DNA of 55,545 bases from Candidatus Adlerbacteria bacterium. GTDB lineage: Bacteria > Patescibacteriota > Minisyncoccia > Phycocordibacterales > SBAW01. The stretch spans positions 1 through 55,545 of the forward strand of contig CAWCNA010000006.1 in NCBI GenBank assembly GCA_963796795.1. The letters run 5' to 3'. Within the stretch, counting starts at the first letter, position 1. Each line of letters begins with the position of its first letter. The notes under the pieces were generated by a model, which was given only the letters and a program-made list of their open reading frames with translations, did not search any database and was not told the DNA's origin. Of the stretch, positions 54,955 to 55,545 are shown piece by piece. The position numbers were made by a program, and so were the translations under genes.

Positions 54955-55320
54955 ATGAAGTTACATCTTCTTGCTCTCGCGTTCGTGGGAGTGACAGTAG
55001 CCGGGTGTGCCGGACCGCTGGGATGCTTCCCATGCGTGGAGCGCAGGGAAGTGGTCCTGTCAGCTCCGGCGCCTATGCCTGTCCAGCAGGGCGTGGTCTA
55101 CGAAGAACCAGTCCCCATGGTTCCTGTTGCGGGAGAGTACTACTACCCCGTTGGCTGCGTCTATTTCGGATGCGCTTTCCCGGTGGTGCTCTACAACGGC
55201 TATCGGGGCTACTGGTCCGGCGGCGTCTTCATCCGCTACAGGGCCGGCGTCGGTTCCGTCCATTTCCATGAGCGGGGTCGGTGGGTCAGCCCACACGGAG
55301 GAGGGGGCCATCGTCGCTAA
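54955..55320 (+). CDS. Putative Cys/Tyr/Gly-rich lipoprotein
   Basis: VAGC lipobox, GGAGGA SD, own terminator. Confidence 0.65.
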   Translation: MKLHLLALAFVGVTVAGCAGPLGCFPCVERREVVLSAPAPMPVQQGVVYEEPVPMVPVAGEYYYPVGCVYFGCAFPVVLYNGYRGYWSGGVFIRYRAGVGSVHFHERGRWVSPHGGGGHRR

Positions 55321-55340
55321 ACGATGATGATCTAAACACA

Positions 55341-55380
55341 GCCGCATCTTTTCTTCAGGGAAGGATGCGGTTTTCTTTTT
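55341..55380 (+). terminator. Intrinsic terminator
   Basis: GCCGCATCTTTTC...GGAAGGATGCGGT followed by a T-tract. Confidence 0.7.
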
Positions 55381-55545
55381 CTATTTTTTTTACACTATCT
55401 ACAGGTGACGATAAAAAAGTTAACAAAAAATAAAAGAAGCCTGATATAATTTCAAGGAAATTTACATGTCGCAAAAGAAAAAAGAACGATCTGTTGGAGG
55501 TGAGATTCGCTCTCAAGTACCCGTGCGCGCTACACACAGCGGGAT

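Overview
About 55.5 kb that reads as a Patescibacteria/CPR (Parcubacteria-like) chromosome segment. This is inferred from compact genes, shortened atpH/atpC/uvrC and a scavenging gene set. Core content: lemA-TPM, cyclophilin, rlmB-like, alkA, ABC-F, typA, GH18 hydrolase, an RnfD-FNR/ApbE/FMN-binding flavinylation module, MacAB-like efflux with an ECF sigma, rarA, msrA, tgt, uvrB-uvrA-uvrC, ddl, an F-type ATP synthase operon, and tRNA-Gln/Ala/Pro. Many essential genes have single-base frameshifts, most likely long-read errors. The first ~1.65 kb looks compositionally foreign. The strongest novel signal is a family of small, modular, nested palindromic elements. Four copies of a covarying GATGCC-GRA-stem-GCA-GGCT hairpin lie in-frame inside unrelated proteins, in both orientations. 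Related palindromes interrupt duplicated tRNA 5' fragments at the same position (8/9) upstream of two different tRNA genes, and one of these cassettes carries a small GIY-YIG nuclease that is a candidate mobiliser. Leaderless-type promoters (-10 box 6-9 nt from ATG) are also pervasive.
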